A stretch of DNA of 64,000 nt, from contig NC_042997.1 in NCBI RefSeq assembly GCF_006345805.1, forward strand, positions 33,356,001 to 33,420,000. The letters run 5' to 3'. Position 1 is the first letter of the stretch; each line of letters begins with the position of its first letter. A model generated the notes under the pieces. It saw only the letters and a program-made list of their open reading frames with translations, was not told where the DNA came from and did no database searches. This document shows positions 1 through 11,944 of this stretch, piece by piece. The translations under genes and the position numbers were made by a program. Origin of the DNA: Octopus sinensis (Eukaryota).

Positions 1-164
1 TAGAGCTTGGCATGAATGACGTCGCAACTCATTTCTATAGTTGAGTAAACTGGAGCAACGTGAAATAAAGCGTCTTGCTCAAGAACACAACACACCCCAG
101 TCCGGGAATCAAACTCACTACCTCATGGTTGTGAACCCGACGCTCTAACCACTGAGCCATGCGC
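1..164 (-). mobile_element. tRNA-derived SINE, family B (CORE-like body), cut by window edge
   Basis: Minus strand: A box (gcatggctcagtggttagagc), B box (gagtttgattcc), then gtgttcttgagcaagacgctttatttcacgttgctccag; same body at 57990-58050 and 56340-56390. Confidence 0.8.
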
Positions 165-166
165 TT

Positions 167-204
<38 letters not shown>

Positions 205-595
205 TCGACTGTCTCATTCCCACAAGAAGAAAAACAAAATGCTTGAAATTCAACGACATTAGACAAGACAGAAATATCAGCTAAGAAACATTGACACAAA
301 TTCTTAGACAACTACGTGTATCACATATGTTTGTATGCATGGATACATGTAGCTGCGTGCGTGCTTGTGTGTGTGTGTGTGTGTATGTGTGTGTTTATGC
401 TTACTCAAATGAATGTGCTATATTTAATATTACACCATTGTGCATGAGAGTTTTTAGACCGACATGTTTCATATTTAATAAGCAAACACGGAGCCGGTAA
501 CAAACTCAACAGGTAGGTTACTTATTAAATACAGCATGCAGAACCATTGTGTAAATACTGTGTAGTGTTTACTTTGGCAACAATAAAATAATATG

Positions 596-645
<50 letters not shown>

Positions 646-657
646 CATAATTATAAT

Positions 658-1544
658 CAGGGGTCAGCTAATTGCTTCGCCACGCACCGAATTTAGAAAT
701 AGCAGTTAAAATACCTTTTGCGCTACCATAAATATCTCCCAGACAGTAACACACTTTTTTTTTCGTTGGCAAAGAGAAAAAATAACGAATCCACACGACT
801 TAGATTAGCTACATACGCGTTTCGGGATTAAAGTAAAGTTATATTTACTTATTTCACCTCATCAGTTCAGAATTTCAAAGATATATATAAAGGTTATTTT
901 AACGTACCGAACTACTTGGTAAAATTATTAATTAATTAATTAATTTAACCCTTTTATTATTATTGAAATATAATTTACTTCCTCAACGAAAAACTGCAGT
1001 TGCTGCGGGATTACTCGTAACACACGTGGGTATTTGAGGATGAATATGTGTACTCATTCGCTTGTATATTTTTGGAAGTGCTGGTTAAATCTATCATATA
1101 AAATCCGTTCTGTCTGTCTGTGTTCGTGTGTTCTAGGATCTCGGGCATCCTCCATCCGATTGCGTTCAATTTTGATATGTAGATACCGACGGTATCTGGG
1201 CGTGTATAAGTCTTGAAAAAATTACAAAAATCGATTCCAGGTGAGAATGCGATCGATAAAGCCGTGGGAACGTGCATTTGTAAAATCGTTTTTCTTGGAA
1301 TAGAAAAAGATTCTATATGTATTTCTTCTTTTGCAGGTGTCTCAAATTTAGGCTAACTCAGTGTTTCTCAAAGGGGACCTATGGGACGGTTGGACAAGTT
1401 GTTTTGAGAAAATCTGGCAAAACGCCCCCCGTCCATTGGAAAAAAAAGTGTGTTACTGTCTGGGAGATATTTATGGTAGCGGAAAAGGTATTTTAACTGC
1501 TATTTCTAAATTCGGTGCGTGGTGAAGCAATTAGCTGATCCCTG
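658..1544. mobile_element. Non-autonomous hAT-type DNA transposon (MITE)
   Basis: ~105-bp TIRs starting CAGGG (658-763 and 1440-1544); perfect 8-bp TSD ATTATAAT at 650-657 and 1545-1552; no transposase. Confidence 0.85.
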
Positions 1545-1666
1545 ATTATAATTATAAAATATTTGTATAATGTTACCCAAAAAGGTTATTTTAACGTACC
1601 GAACTACTTGGTAAAAATATTAATTATTAACTAATTGATTAATTAATTAATCAATTAATTTTATCC

Positions 1667-1705
<39 letters not shown>

Positions 1706-1715
1706 CACTTACACG

Positions 1716-1905
1716 AATAGAGAGACGGATAGAGAGACGGATAGAGAGACGGATAGAGAAACGGATAGAGGGACGGATAGAGAGACGGATAGAGAGACGG
1801 ATAGTCAGATAGGCAGACAGATAGATGGATAGTTAGACAGACAGTCAAACAGGTAGGCGGATAGTTAGACAGCCAAACAGACAGATAGACAGATAGTTAA
1901 ACAGA
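1716..1905. repeat. 12-bp minisatellite (AGAGAGACGGAT)n decaying into GATA/GACA repeats
   Basis: Direct reading of tandem units. Confidence 0.85.
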
Positions 1906-2166
1906 AAAATAATATTCACGTTGCCAGGGAATAAGAATCAGGTGAAGCAAGTTTGTAACTTATTTTGAATATCTCTCTTAACCGGATTCATGCCCGTGTT
2001 GCATGAATACTAATCAGTATAGTAAAAAAAATAACTATGGAGAATTGTTCCATTTCCTTGGTATCTGTCAGGACACACTATACTGCAACTTCTGCTGCGC
2101 TCCAGGAATTCAATATTGTTGACAGAGCATTTTCCTTTTTTTTATATGAATATGCATACACGCACA

Positions 2167-2172
2167 CGTACA

Positions 2173-2217
<45 letters not shown>

Positions 2218-2302
2218 TATATATATATAATATATATATATATAATACTTTATTTGTTCCACGTCCTTGCGTTGTTGTCTTTTTGTTTTCTTGTTTGGAT
2301 TA

Positions 2303-2342
<40 letters not shown>

Positions 2343-2679
2343 AGAATGAGTAAATATTCAAAATAAATACTCGTAAAGATATTATTACTATTATCAGGGG
2401 CAAATCTAAATAATTGATAAGAACAATAACATTAGTGGCAGCAAGCGATATTAGCATTGAATAGCTATACAATAAATTCTCAATTATATTAGAGGATACA
2501 CGAAGCACCGGCTTGCTAGAGAGTGGAAGTAACCCACCACCCCACCCAACTTAACCACTAATGCTATTGAAATTTCGGTACACAAAACACCTACATATAT
2601 TTTCATTAAGATTTGTTGTTAAGTTGGGGGTTTTAACTCCCACTCATGCAAGCTGGTGCTTCGTGTACTCTCTTTATAC

Positions 2680-2722
<43 letters not shown>

Positions 2723-2748
2723 GTGTGTGTGTGTGTGTGTGTGTGTGT

Positions 2749-2780
<32 letters not shown>

Positions 2781-2862
2781 ATATATATATATACAATACA
2801 TATATATACATATACATACATATACATATATACATATATATACATACATATATATATATACA
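2167..2862. repeat. Cluster of (TA)n/(TG)n/(TATACA)n microsatellites
   Basis: Tracts at ~2167-2245, 2308-2341 and 2680-2862; these generate the YI/VC-repeat ORFs in the track. Confidence 0.9.
2245..2308 (+). mobile_element. Short 3' fragment of the Penelope-like repeat seen at 19185-19395
   Basis: tttgttccacgtccttgcgttgttg...cttgtttggattaacttta matches the reverse complement of 19185-19250; lies between TA tracts. Confidence 0.6.
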
Positions 2863-2864
2863 TA

Positions 2865-3035
2865 CATGTTTCTCTCCTTGTTTTTTTTCTGTGTATCTTT
2901 CTGTCGAAGAGCGTAGGCTCGAAACGTAAAAGACTTTTTCTATTTCTATTCCTGAGCGCTATACTAATACATTTGTTTGTTTGTACTCCATCTGCCTTCG
3001 TCTTTTGTTTATTTTCGTAAACTTTCCCGTTATAT
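2865..3035 (+). mobile_element. Penelope-like terminal-repeat remnant carrying a hammerhead motif
   Basis: Hammerhead motif followed by cctgagcg...taatac...tttgt ending in a TA tract; related copies at 19185-19395 (-) and 29385-29525 (+). The Penelope assignment is inferred from this architecture. Confidence 0.55.
2896..2933 (+). ncRNA. Minimal type I hammerhead ribozyme motif (core variant A6U)
   Basis: TCTTT-CTGTCGA-A-GAGC GTAG GCTC-GAAAC-GTA-AAAGA: 5-bp stem I, 4-bp stem II, ACGT palindrome in place of stem III, GUA site. Confidence 0.55.
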
Positions 3036-3047
3036 ATACATACATAT

Positions 3048-3094
3048 ATATACGCCGATGACGGGTCAATACTCTGAAACTCGAGTCCGTGTGT
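3048..3094 (+). ncRNA. Minimal type I hammerhead ribozyme motif (core variant U4C)
   Basis: ATATACG-CCGATGA-CGGGT CAAT ACTCT-GAAAC TCGA GTC-CGTGTGT: 7-bp stem I with wobbles, stem II, palindromic ACTCGAGT stem III, GUC site. Confidence 0.65.
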
Positions 3095-4055
3095 ATCATA
3101 AGTTGAAGACGGGAAGGATGGCTTCCCTTCGCAAATACTGATAGGGCACAGAAAGTGTGTCTATAGCCAGCTGGAGGAGGTGTCCTCCTGGGGCTACAAA
3201 CTACAGTAGCATCCACCCTTAGGGGTTAGCCATATTCAAATGGCAAATATACGTCACGATGTGTTGCTGCCACTGTTTATAACTCGCTCTGAGATTTATC
3301 ATTATACATATATATATATAATATATATATATATATATTATATATATATATGGTTTGTAAGATTCCTTATGTGAAGAATATTTTGTTGTGTCTGGGGAGA
3401 GGCTTTCTGTTTTAATGCCTTACTAATTAACATACTCACCACCTCAATTTCCACTCATTTACTTATTTATTAATTTATTTATAAAACAAACACACACACA
3501 CACACACATAACATATACACGCGTGTGTAATGGTTGTGGGTGAGTTCTTCATATTTTCAAGTGGATACAAATTAAAGCGTGAATTTGGATATTTTGACTA
3601 TTCGTGTTCAAAAATAGATATGCATCGTTTTTTATCAATACAAGTTTAGTCCGAAACACTTACACGCACGCACATGTACGTATGTATGTGTACATAGATG
3701 TGTGTGTGTGTGTGTGTGTATGCTTACGTAGGCGCAGCATAGCCGAATGATTAAGATCCCGTGTGTGTGAGTGTGTGTGCGTACATGTATAAATACATAC
3801 ACGTATAAACACATAAATGTATTGATCATACACAAACGCATGTAGCTGTGAATTACACAGATGCATTCACATACATACACATATTTTCTATCTCTTCTAT
3901 CTATCTATATAGTGCAAATAGCGTTCAGCACTTGAACAAACGATTCCAAGCGATAGATACTTGTTAGATTCTCGTTAGTGATTCCAGTGGTGCGTTGTAG
4001 TAAAGAGCGCTCTAAAGATATGGAGCAACGTATATATAATGATAATTTTAATCTT

Positions 4056-4785
4056 GATATTAAGGAGATCATTAGAGCGGCAAGCTGGCAGAATCGTTAG
4101 CAAGCTGGGGAAAATGGTTAGCGGTACTTCATACGTCTTTACGTTCTGTGTTCAAATTCCGCCGCGGTCGACTTTACCTTTCATCCTTCCGGAGTCGATA
4201 AATTAAGTACCAGTTACGCACTGGGGTCGATGTAATCGACTTAATCTGTTTGTTTGTCCTTCTTTGTCCCCTCTATGTTTAGCCCCTTGTGGGCAATAAA
4301 GAAACAGATATTAAGGAGATCATTAGAGCGGCAAGCTGGCAGAATCGTTAGCAAGCTGGGGAAAATGGTTAGCGGTACTTCATCCGTCTTTGCGTTCTGA
4401 GTTCAAATTCCGCCGAGGTCGACTTTACCTTTCATCCTTCCGGAGTCGATAAATTAAGTACCAGTTGAGTACTTGGGTCGATGTAAACAACGTACCCCTT
4501 CCGTCGAGATTGCTGGCCTAGTGCCAAAATTTGGAATCAATATTAATAAGATCAATAAGGCGGCGAACTGGCACATTCGTTTGCACACCGGGCAAAATAC
4601 TTACCACATTTAGTCCGTCTTTACGTTCTGGATTCAAAATATCACCGAGGTCAACTTTATCCTTCATCTTATTTTATCGAGGTCGATTTCAAAGTACCAA
4701 TTAAACATTGAAATCGACTTATCTCATACCCATAAGTTGCTGGTCTTGTTCCAAAATTTTGAAAGTAATATTAAGGAGATCAATC
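4056..4785 (+). mobile_element. Array of three family A tRNA-derived SINEs (A1 tail, A2 tail, A2 tail)
   Basis: Heads gcggc(a/g)a(g/a)ctggca...gttcaaatt at ~4077, ~4328 and ~4560; separated by a repeated spacer atattaaggagatca. Confidence 0.85.
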
Positions 4786-5269
4786 ATATAAAAAGAAAGT
4801 GGTTTTAGTTCATTCACACAATAACATCAAACCTGCACAACCGTTTCAAAACCAGTAGAAATGTTACTCTACATTATATCGAGTCTGCTTCTCCTCTATT
4901 TATCCTTTTGTATTAATGGTCTCTTTAATTCTTCTAAGAGCCTTTTCATCGGTCAGGTATGACCTTTTATCTGCATTTGGACAGGGACGATCCAGGTCTT
5001 TTTTGCGGACAATTATTGGCAGTAGCCAATGCATACAAGTCTCCTCTTGCCACACCACCGATGGTTATCCAAGCGAATGATAAATTATGCCTATGCAGAA
5101 TCATACTAGAATAGTCGCAAGTGTTGATCTCAGAACGCAAAAGGCTGGAACAAAAACCGCCAGATATCTCATCCGATAACCAAACTGTTCTACCAGTCTA
5201 CCACCCTGAAGGAAGAAGGCTAAACTTAACTTCTGTAAGGCTTAAACTTAGAGCTCAGTGAAAGAAAAT

Positions 5270-5445
5270 ACTGGTTTCAAATTCTGGCTTAAAGCCAGTA
5301 ATTTCTAGAAAGGGGCTAAGTCGATCACATCGACCCCAATGTTCAGCTGGCACTTATTTTATCAGTCTCGAAAGGGATGAAAGGCAAAGGCGACCTGGGC
5401 GGAATTTGAACTCAGAACGTAAAGACAAAATGCTAGCTGACCGCA
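5270..5445 (-). mobile_element. Family A SINE, A2 tail, diverged
   Basis: Reverse complement of B box, ctttcatcc body and A2-type tail. Confidence 0.7.
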
Positions 5446-5462
5446 TTGGAGTGAAAAAAAGT

Positions 5463-5871
5463 ATTTATTTCTTTATTACCCACAGGGGGTTAAACATAGA
5501 GGGGACAAACAAAGGGATTAATTCAATTACATCGATCCCAGTGCGTAACTGGTACTTATTTAATCGATCCAGAAAGGATGAAAGGCAAAGTCAACCTCGG
5601 CGGAATTTGAACTCAGAACATAACGGCATACGAAATACCTATTTCTTTACTGCCCACAAGGGGCTAAACACAGAGAGGACAAACAAGGACAGACAAACGG
5701 ATTAAGTCGATTACATCGACCCCTGTGCGTAACTAGTACTTAATTTATCGACCCCGAGAAGACGAAAGGCAAAGTCGACCTCGGCGGAATTTGAACTCAG
5801 AACGTAACGGCAGACGAAATACGGCTACGCATTTCGCCCGGCGTTCTAACGATTCTGCCAGCTCGCCGCCT
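5463..5871 (-). mobile_element. Family A SINE dimer (full A1 unit + head-truncated A1 unit)
   Basis: Head at 5820-5871; junction gaaatac|ctatttc at ~5636; imperfect flanking repeat gagtgaaa(a/g)aaa.tatt. Confidence 0.85.
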
Positions 5872-6490
5872 TTTAGAGTGAAAGAAAATATTGTGAAGTA
5901 ATATATTCAGTGCCCCTAACAAATCTAGCAATTCGCCGTGTGTGTGTTAGTACGTGTATGCATGTGCGTATATTACGCGCACGCGTGTAGGCGTTTATGT
6001 TAAGGCGGCGTGTTTGAAGAACTGTTAGCACGCTGGACAAAATGCTTAGCGGCAAATTCCTCCGAAGTCAACTTTGTCTTTCATTCTTTTTGAGATCGAT
6101 GGAATAAGTACTAGCTGAGTACTGGGGTCGACCAGCCTCCTCTCCAAAAATTTCAGGTCTTGTGTCTATTGTAGAAAGGATATTATATGTATGTGTCATT
6201 AAACGCGTGTAGCTTCAGCATTTCGTCTGAGAGAGGTCCCTTCAATGATGAACAGTATTATGAAAAAATGAATACTTCCAAGCTAAGTGAAACGAAATCT
6301 TCCCGGAAGAATGAAGTATATCGAAATTTCGCAATATTTCCTGCTCCTTAGTTCAATATACTCACGCGCCTCACTTCCGAAACATTGTATATGCGTCTGT
6401 CTGGCATGTCGAATTCGTATACTGTGTTTCTTGACACTGAACGTTTTTAAAGGAACCTCCCTTAGACGACAAACCGCGTTTACCAACACA

Positions 6491-6915
6491 AAGCGGCGAG
6501 CTGGCAGAAACGTGAGCACGTCGGGCGAAATGCGTAGCCGTATTTCGTCTGCCGTTACGTTCTGAGTTCAAATTCCGCCGAGGTCGACTTTGTCTTTCAT
6601 CCTTTCGGGGTCGATTAAATAAGTACCAGTTACGCACTGGGGTCGATGTAATCGACTTAATCCGTTTGTCTGTACTTGTTTGTCCCCTCTGTGTTTAGCC
6701 CCTTGTGGGTAGTAAAGAATAGGTATTTCGTCTGCCACTACGTTCTGAGTTCAAATTCCGCCGAGGTCGACTTTGTCTTTCCTCCTTTCGGGGAGTCGAT
6801 TAAATAAGTACCAGTTACACACTGGGGTCGATGTAATCGATTTAATCCGTTTGTCTGTCCTTGTTTCTCCCCTCTGTGTTTAGCCCCTTGTGGGTAGTAA
6901 AGAAATAGGTATAAG
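6491..6915 (+). mobile_element. Family A SINE dimer with 15-bp TSD
   Basis: TSD gcgtttaccaacaca at 6476-6490 and 6916-6930; junction aagaata|ggtatttcgtc at ~6720. Confidence 0.9.
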
Positions 6916-9900
6916 CGTTTACCAACACACATACATTGATGATGTTTACATTATTGAACTGCTTCTAACACAAAATGTATGTATTTATGTATTATATTAT
7001 ATGCAAACATATAAATAATAACAACATAGTTAAATACGAACTTCTAACTTTTTGCTAGAGTTAATATAGGTGAATCGATATATCTTTCGATTTACTCATA
7101 CACATATGGCAACATGGTATATAATCAGACACGGATTATATAACTAAAATATTCAATATGTTTCAGCAATAAAATCGAACATAATCTAAAATAGCAAAAG
7201 AAAATTTAAATTATGTATTATCTTATCTTAACATAATGATTTCCTTATCTAGGTACTTGAAGAGAAACAAAGAGAGAATTTGCCTTTACCTCATTGTCTT
7301 TCGGAAATTTTGATAATCTTTCTTATAACTGAGCTATATAATCAGTCAGCCATATTATTTCTTCAGGTCGATCAAATTACTCTATTTTTATCATGTCATA
7401 GATTTTTTTAGTTTCTGTGTTGTAACTTCCACTCGAATGACTAGCTGAAGAATTCGCGATTTTTTTTTTTTTTTTTTTGTATAAAATTGGTGGGTGGCAG
7501 ATTCGACAGATATCTGATTAAAATATTTTCCATGTTTCTAGTTGCATCATTTTATGATCTGAGTTCAACCCTTACTGTGTTTGATGTTGCTTTTTTTATT
7601 TTTATAGATTAACTCCAAATTCCATGATTCTCAACTGGTTTTGTAGGTGTTTTGTAAGTTTTATAAAAATGAAATTTCAGGCGTTAGAAAATCTTTACTA
7701 ATAGCTGAGCGTCTTGAAAAACGATTTGTTATAACCATTTTTTTTTTTAAATAAGCTTGGCAATAGTTAATATTTTAAAGAATATTTCAGATTTAAAACA
7801 GCTGTTTTAAGCTCTTCATCAGAAATGCCAATGTTTGATCTTCAGTGTTCCACGAAATCAGAAAGACTGAGAGCCACTGCCCTAGATCAAATCTGATCGA
7901 TCAGATTTAGGATCAAAATTATTCCAGACATGCGCATTTTGTGTTTTTGACTTTGGGAGAGGTATTTACAATTACAGCTTTTTTTTTAAGATGACGTAGT
8001 TGTGATTTGAAAGATGGATACCTTCCTGGGGTATCACGATAGATGCCCTTGCAGTGGTTCATTCGACTACCTTTTAATCCATAATGTCGATAAAAAATAC
8101 CATTCATCTTATTACAGTCAATTTAATGAACTTTCTCCTTCCCCTAGATCTTTACTATTCTCCTAATTTGTATTAATCTAGAAATCTTTAATACTTTATT
8201 TTCTAGTTAGGTGTTCTTTCGGACACTCAACACTAGTTATATTTTTGATTTGTCGTAGTTTTCAGATGGTCTGTCATTTTGTTTCTCCTGTTTCCTCTGT
8301 TTATTCTACAAGCTTACACTTTTAGCCTGTGTCCTCTTAACATTATATACATCCAGTACACACATGTATCCATTTATTCTCCTGAATACAGTGTAAAATA
8401 ACGTGTATAAAGCCGATTCAATGATGGCATCTCTACGTTGTTGCTTAATCTGCCAAAATTAGCAGCCAGATCTCACTCAAGTCTCGTATAAAAAGTGAAG
8501 GATGCATTGTGTATAGTAATTCTAAACTCACTGTATCAAGAAAAGAAAATACAGAAAGATGACGGTCATAATGATTTTGATCATAGATTCGATCCACCAG
8601 GTCTGACATGGGTTAAACAACAACAAAATCACGTTTAACTTAAATTGAAAGAGGGCACATACAACTCCAGTTTTTTTTTCAAATCCAGTTTCAAACGACA
8701 ACGAGGTACTTTTATGCAAACATAGAATCAACAACAAAATGATGCCAGTATTGGTAGAATTGTCGAACTTGTTATTTGGTTACATCTTTTTTTACATTCT
8801 GAATTCAAATCCTACCCATGTGAACTTTGAATTTCATCGTTTTGAAGCACACAAAACAAGTACCAGCTAAGTGCAGATATGTACGATGAAATATGTACCA
8901 GTTGAACATTGGGGTCTCAAATTTCTCAAATTTCAGGCCTTGTGCCTATAGTAGAAATAATATATATCTGTTATACTCTTAAATAGGTGATCCAGCATGG
9001 AAACGACCCAGTGACTGAAACTATTTTTAAAAAAAAGGAAAAAGAATGGATAACTACCGGTTATGTAGGACAAAATAATTCACTCAATAACTATAGTAGA
9101 TTGGTCATTCTGTAAAAAAGTTTGATGTTAAAGACGGCACTCTTGATGATACTGAAAATTATTGTTTGCTTTAAGATATCATTTACAGTATTATGCGTTA
9201 TGGATTTACAGAACTTATCAATTCTAATTGCTACGTTGACTTATATTAAATGGCATTTATAAAGTCTTTTATTATTATTTATTATGTTGAATCGTTATTT
9301 TTTTAAGGGAATCGTTATTTTATTCGTTTAAATATCTGTATTTAATATCAATCTAAACTACATTTTATTACAATGAATATTTTTGTTGTGTTTCGAAAAT
9401 TTGTTTTTTAATATATACTTTTTATATTTTTATGTATCTCTTTTACAATACATTCAAATATAAGTTATATGGTTATTCCTAAACGATATCGTTAATATTT
9501 TAATGGCTGTATTTTCTGTCAAAAGATAAAAACAAATTTTATTATTTCAGACCTTACAATCTTAAAACATTTCCTAACAGTTCCATTCATTTCATTCTAT
9601 TCTGCGAACGTTTTAACACAATTTCTTGTGTCATTCATAAGCATTGTGTATCATAATAGGTTCGGTTGCTTATACAACGGCCTTTATTTTATGTTTTATT
9701 GGATTATCACTGATCAAACCATAAATGTCATATAGTTAATCAAGTTATGAACGCTTTATAACCTATCAAGTCATGAATGCAATATAGCTAATCAAGTTTC
9801 GAATGTTATATAGCCCATTAAAATATGGCTGCTACACAGAAAACCAAGCTAAACCTTTTCCGAATCACCAAGTTTTCATTGACCAGTACAGTATTTATAG

Positions 9901-10504
9901 TTTCTGCTCGCATTCAGAACATGTAACATAACCCTCTCCTTGAAAAAGTTATTCTGTCACATTTGTATGATTTTCCTCTGTAAAATAGACGTGATAGATG
10001 TCTCGTTTATTTTACACTTCTGTTTCAGCTAATAGGAATGATTTATATTTTCTTCAGTGAACTTCAGTTTTTAGAGTTAAATGTCATCGCCTTAAATATA
10101 ATTAAGTGTTGGTTACAAAATTGGAAACCCCGTTTTGGCTAGTCGTAAGGCACCCACGCTCTTACTTGTCTTGCAAACAACCTGCACATGCAAGTGCTAC
10201 CAGTTAAAAGCTCCGTATATCGGAAGCTAGCAAGTGTATGGGGTTATCAGGAGAGAATGCGTGCCGTTTCTGGGCCTACCTCTCGACAGCATCAATGCGC
10301 ACCGGCCCCCCTCACTGATATGAGGCCCCGCTTGCTAGATCAGCTGGTTATGAAGAACTCAATATACTTCTAGCCATCGTTCATCGTCTCTTTTTAACCA
10401 AATCCAGTGGCTAGCCTTCTCCACTGTAGATTGGATATCAGTCATGGTGGTATTGACTTTACGGTAAGACATTAAAAAAAAAGTGTTATTTATTAATCTG
10501 ACAA

Positions 10505-10700
10505 GGGTGGTGACTTGGCAGAATCGTTAATAAGCCGGACAAAAATTCTTAGCGGCATTTCGTCCGTCTTTACGTTCTGAGATCAATTTCTGCCGAGATC
10601 GACTTTGGCTATCATCCTTCGAAGTCGATAAATTAAGTAATCGGATAGTCCCCACCTCCCGTCAACTTTTAGGCCTTGTCCTTATAGTAGAAGCGATTTA
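10505..10700 (+). mobile_element. Family A SINE, A2 tail
   Basis: tggcagaatcgtt head, ctttggctatcatcc body, ggccttgtccttatagtagaagcgattt tail. Confidence 0.75.
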
Positions 10701-10729
10701 TTAATTTGAAAACTTTATTTTATTTGTAA

Positions 10730-11026
10730 CTAGCAGTATCGCCCGGCGTTGCTCGGGTTTGTAAGGGAAATAACTATATAAGCATTTTTAGAGAGTTATA
10801 GCAAAAAAATAGCAAAAAAATGCATTAAAAATGGAAAAAAAATGATGGTAAATTATTTTTAAAATCGTAGACTCATCGTAGACGCGCGCTAATACCCAGA
10901 AGGGCTCAATATGAATCACGACTGTAAGATACCCGCTTTTGGTTACACTGCACCGCAAAATGTGGGAGTAGTTAGGAATCTAAATCGTAGGAGACAGACA
11001 CACAACTTGACTTTTATATATAAAGA
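10730..11026 (-). mobile_element. Non-autonomous Helitron, copy 1
   Basis: 5' TCTTTATATATAAAAG; 3' hairpin cccgagcaacgccggg then CTAG followed by T; same family as 58126-58520. Confidence 0.9.
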
Positions 11027-11429
11027 CTAGCAGTATCGCCCGGCGTTGCTCGGGTTTGTAAGGGAAATAACTATATAAGCATTTTTAGTGAGTTATAGCA
11101 AAAAAATAGCAAAATATGCATTAAAAATGGAATAAAAAATGATGGTAATTTTTTTTTTTAATCGTTGACTCATCGTAGACATTTTTAGAGAGTTACTTCC
11201 CTTATATAATAGCGAAAAATGCATTAAAATAGAATAAAAAATGATGGTAATTTGTTTTTTAAATCGTAGACTCATCGTAGACGCGCGCTAATACCCAGAA
11301 GGGCTCGATATGAATCACGACTATAAGATACCCGGTTTTGGTTACACTGCACCGCAAAATGTGGGAGTAGTTAGGAATCTAAATCGTAGGAGACAAGACA
11401 ACACACAACCTTACTTTTATATATAAAGA
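11027..11429 (-). mobile_element. Non-autonomous Helitron, copy 2 (internal ~105-bp duplication), abutting copy 1
   Basis: 5' A|TC end and 3' hairpin + CTAG; its CTAG is directly followed by the TC of copy 1. Confidence 0.9.
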
Positions 11430-11944
11430 TTTGTGCAACAACTAAAACATTCGGTTGTGCAAATTGTTTGCACAGGAAACCTGCCCTGTGTGGCGGTTTT
11501 TGCCGTTTTTGTGGATCTGTTTCAGCTTTTTTAGCGATTTCTGTTTTGGCGACTTCAAGCCATGAAGTCGTTCTAAAAGAACGCTGGTCTCCTTGACAAC
11601 GCATTACGACGTTGATTTCCTTACACTCCCTTCCCCACAGCTTCACGAGGGAGGGAAGAAGGGGGAGAAGCAACACAGGTGCAGGTGTTTGAGCGTGGAC
11701 GCCAACTCCGCCGCCATCGACACACGAAAAAATATGCATTAAAATGGAATAAAAAATTATGTTAAATTATTTTTAAAATCGTAGACTCATCGTAGACGCG
11801 CACTAATACCCAGACGGGCTCGATATGAATGACGACTATAAGATACCCGAATTTGGTTAAACTGCACCGCAAAATGTGGGAGTAGTTAGGAATCTAAATC
11901 GAAGGGGACAGACACTCACACAACTACAGTTTTATATATATAGA
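11430..11944 (-). mobile_element. Helitron 5' portion with a different internal segment and no own 3' end
   Basis: 5' A|TCTATATATATAAAAC and ~220 bp shared with copies 1/2 (11725-11944); 11430-11725 is a GC-richer unrelated segment. Confidence 0.7.
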
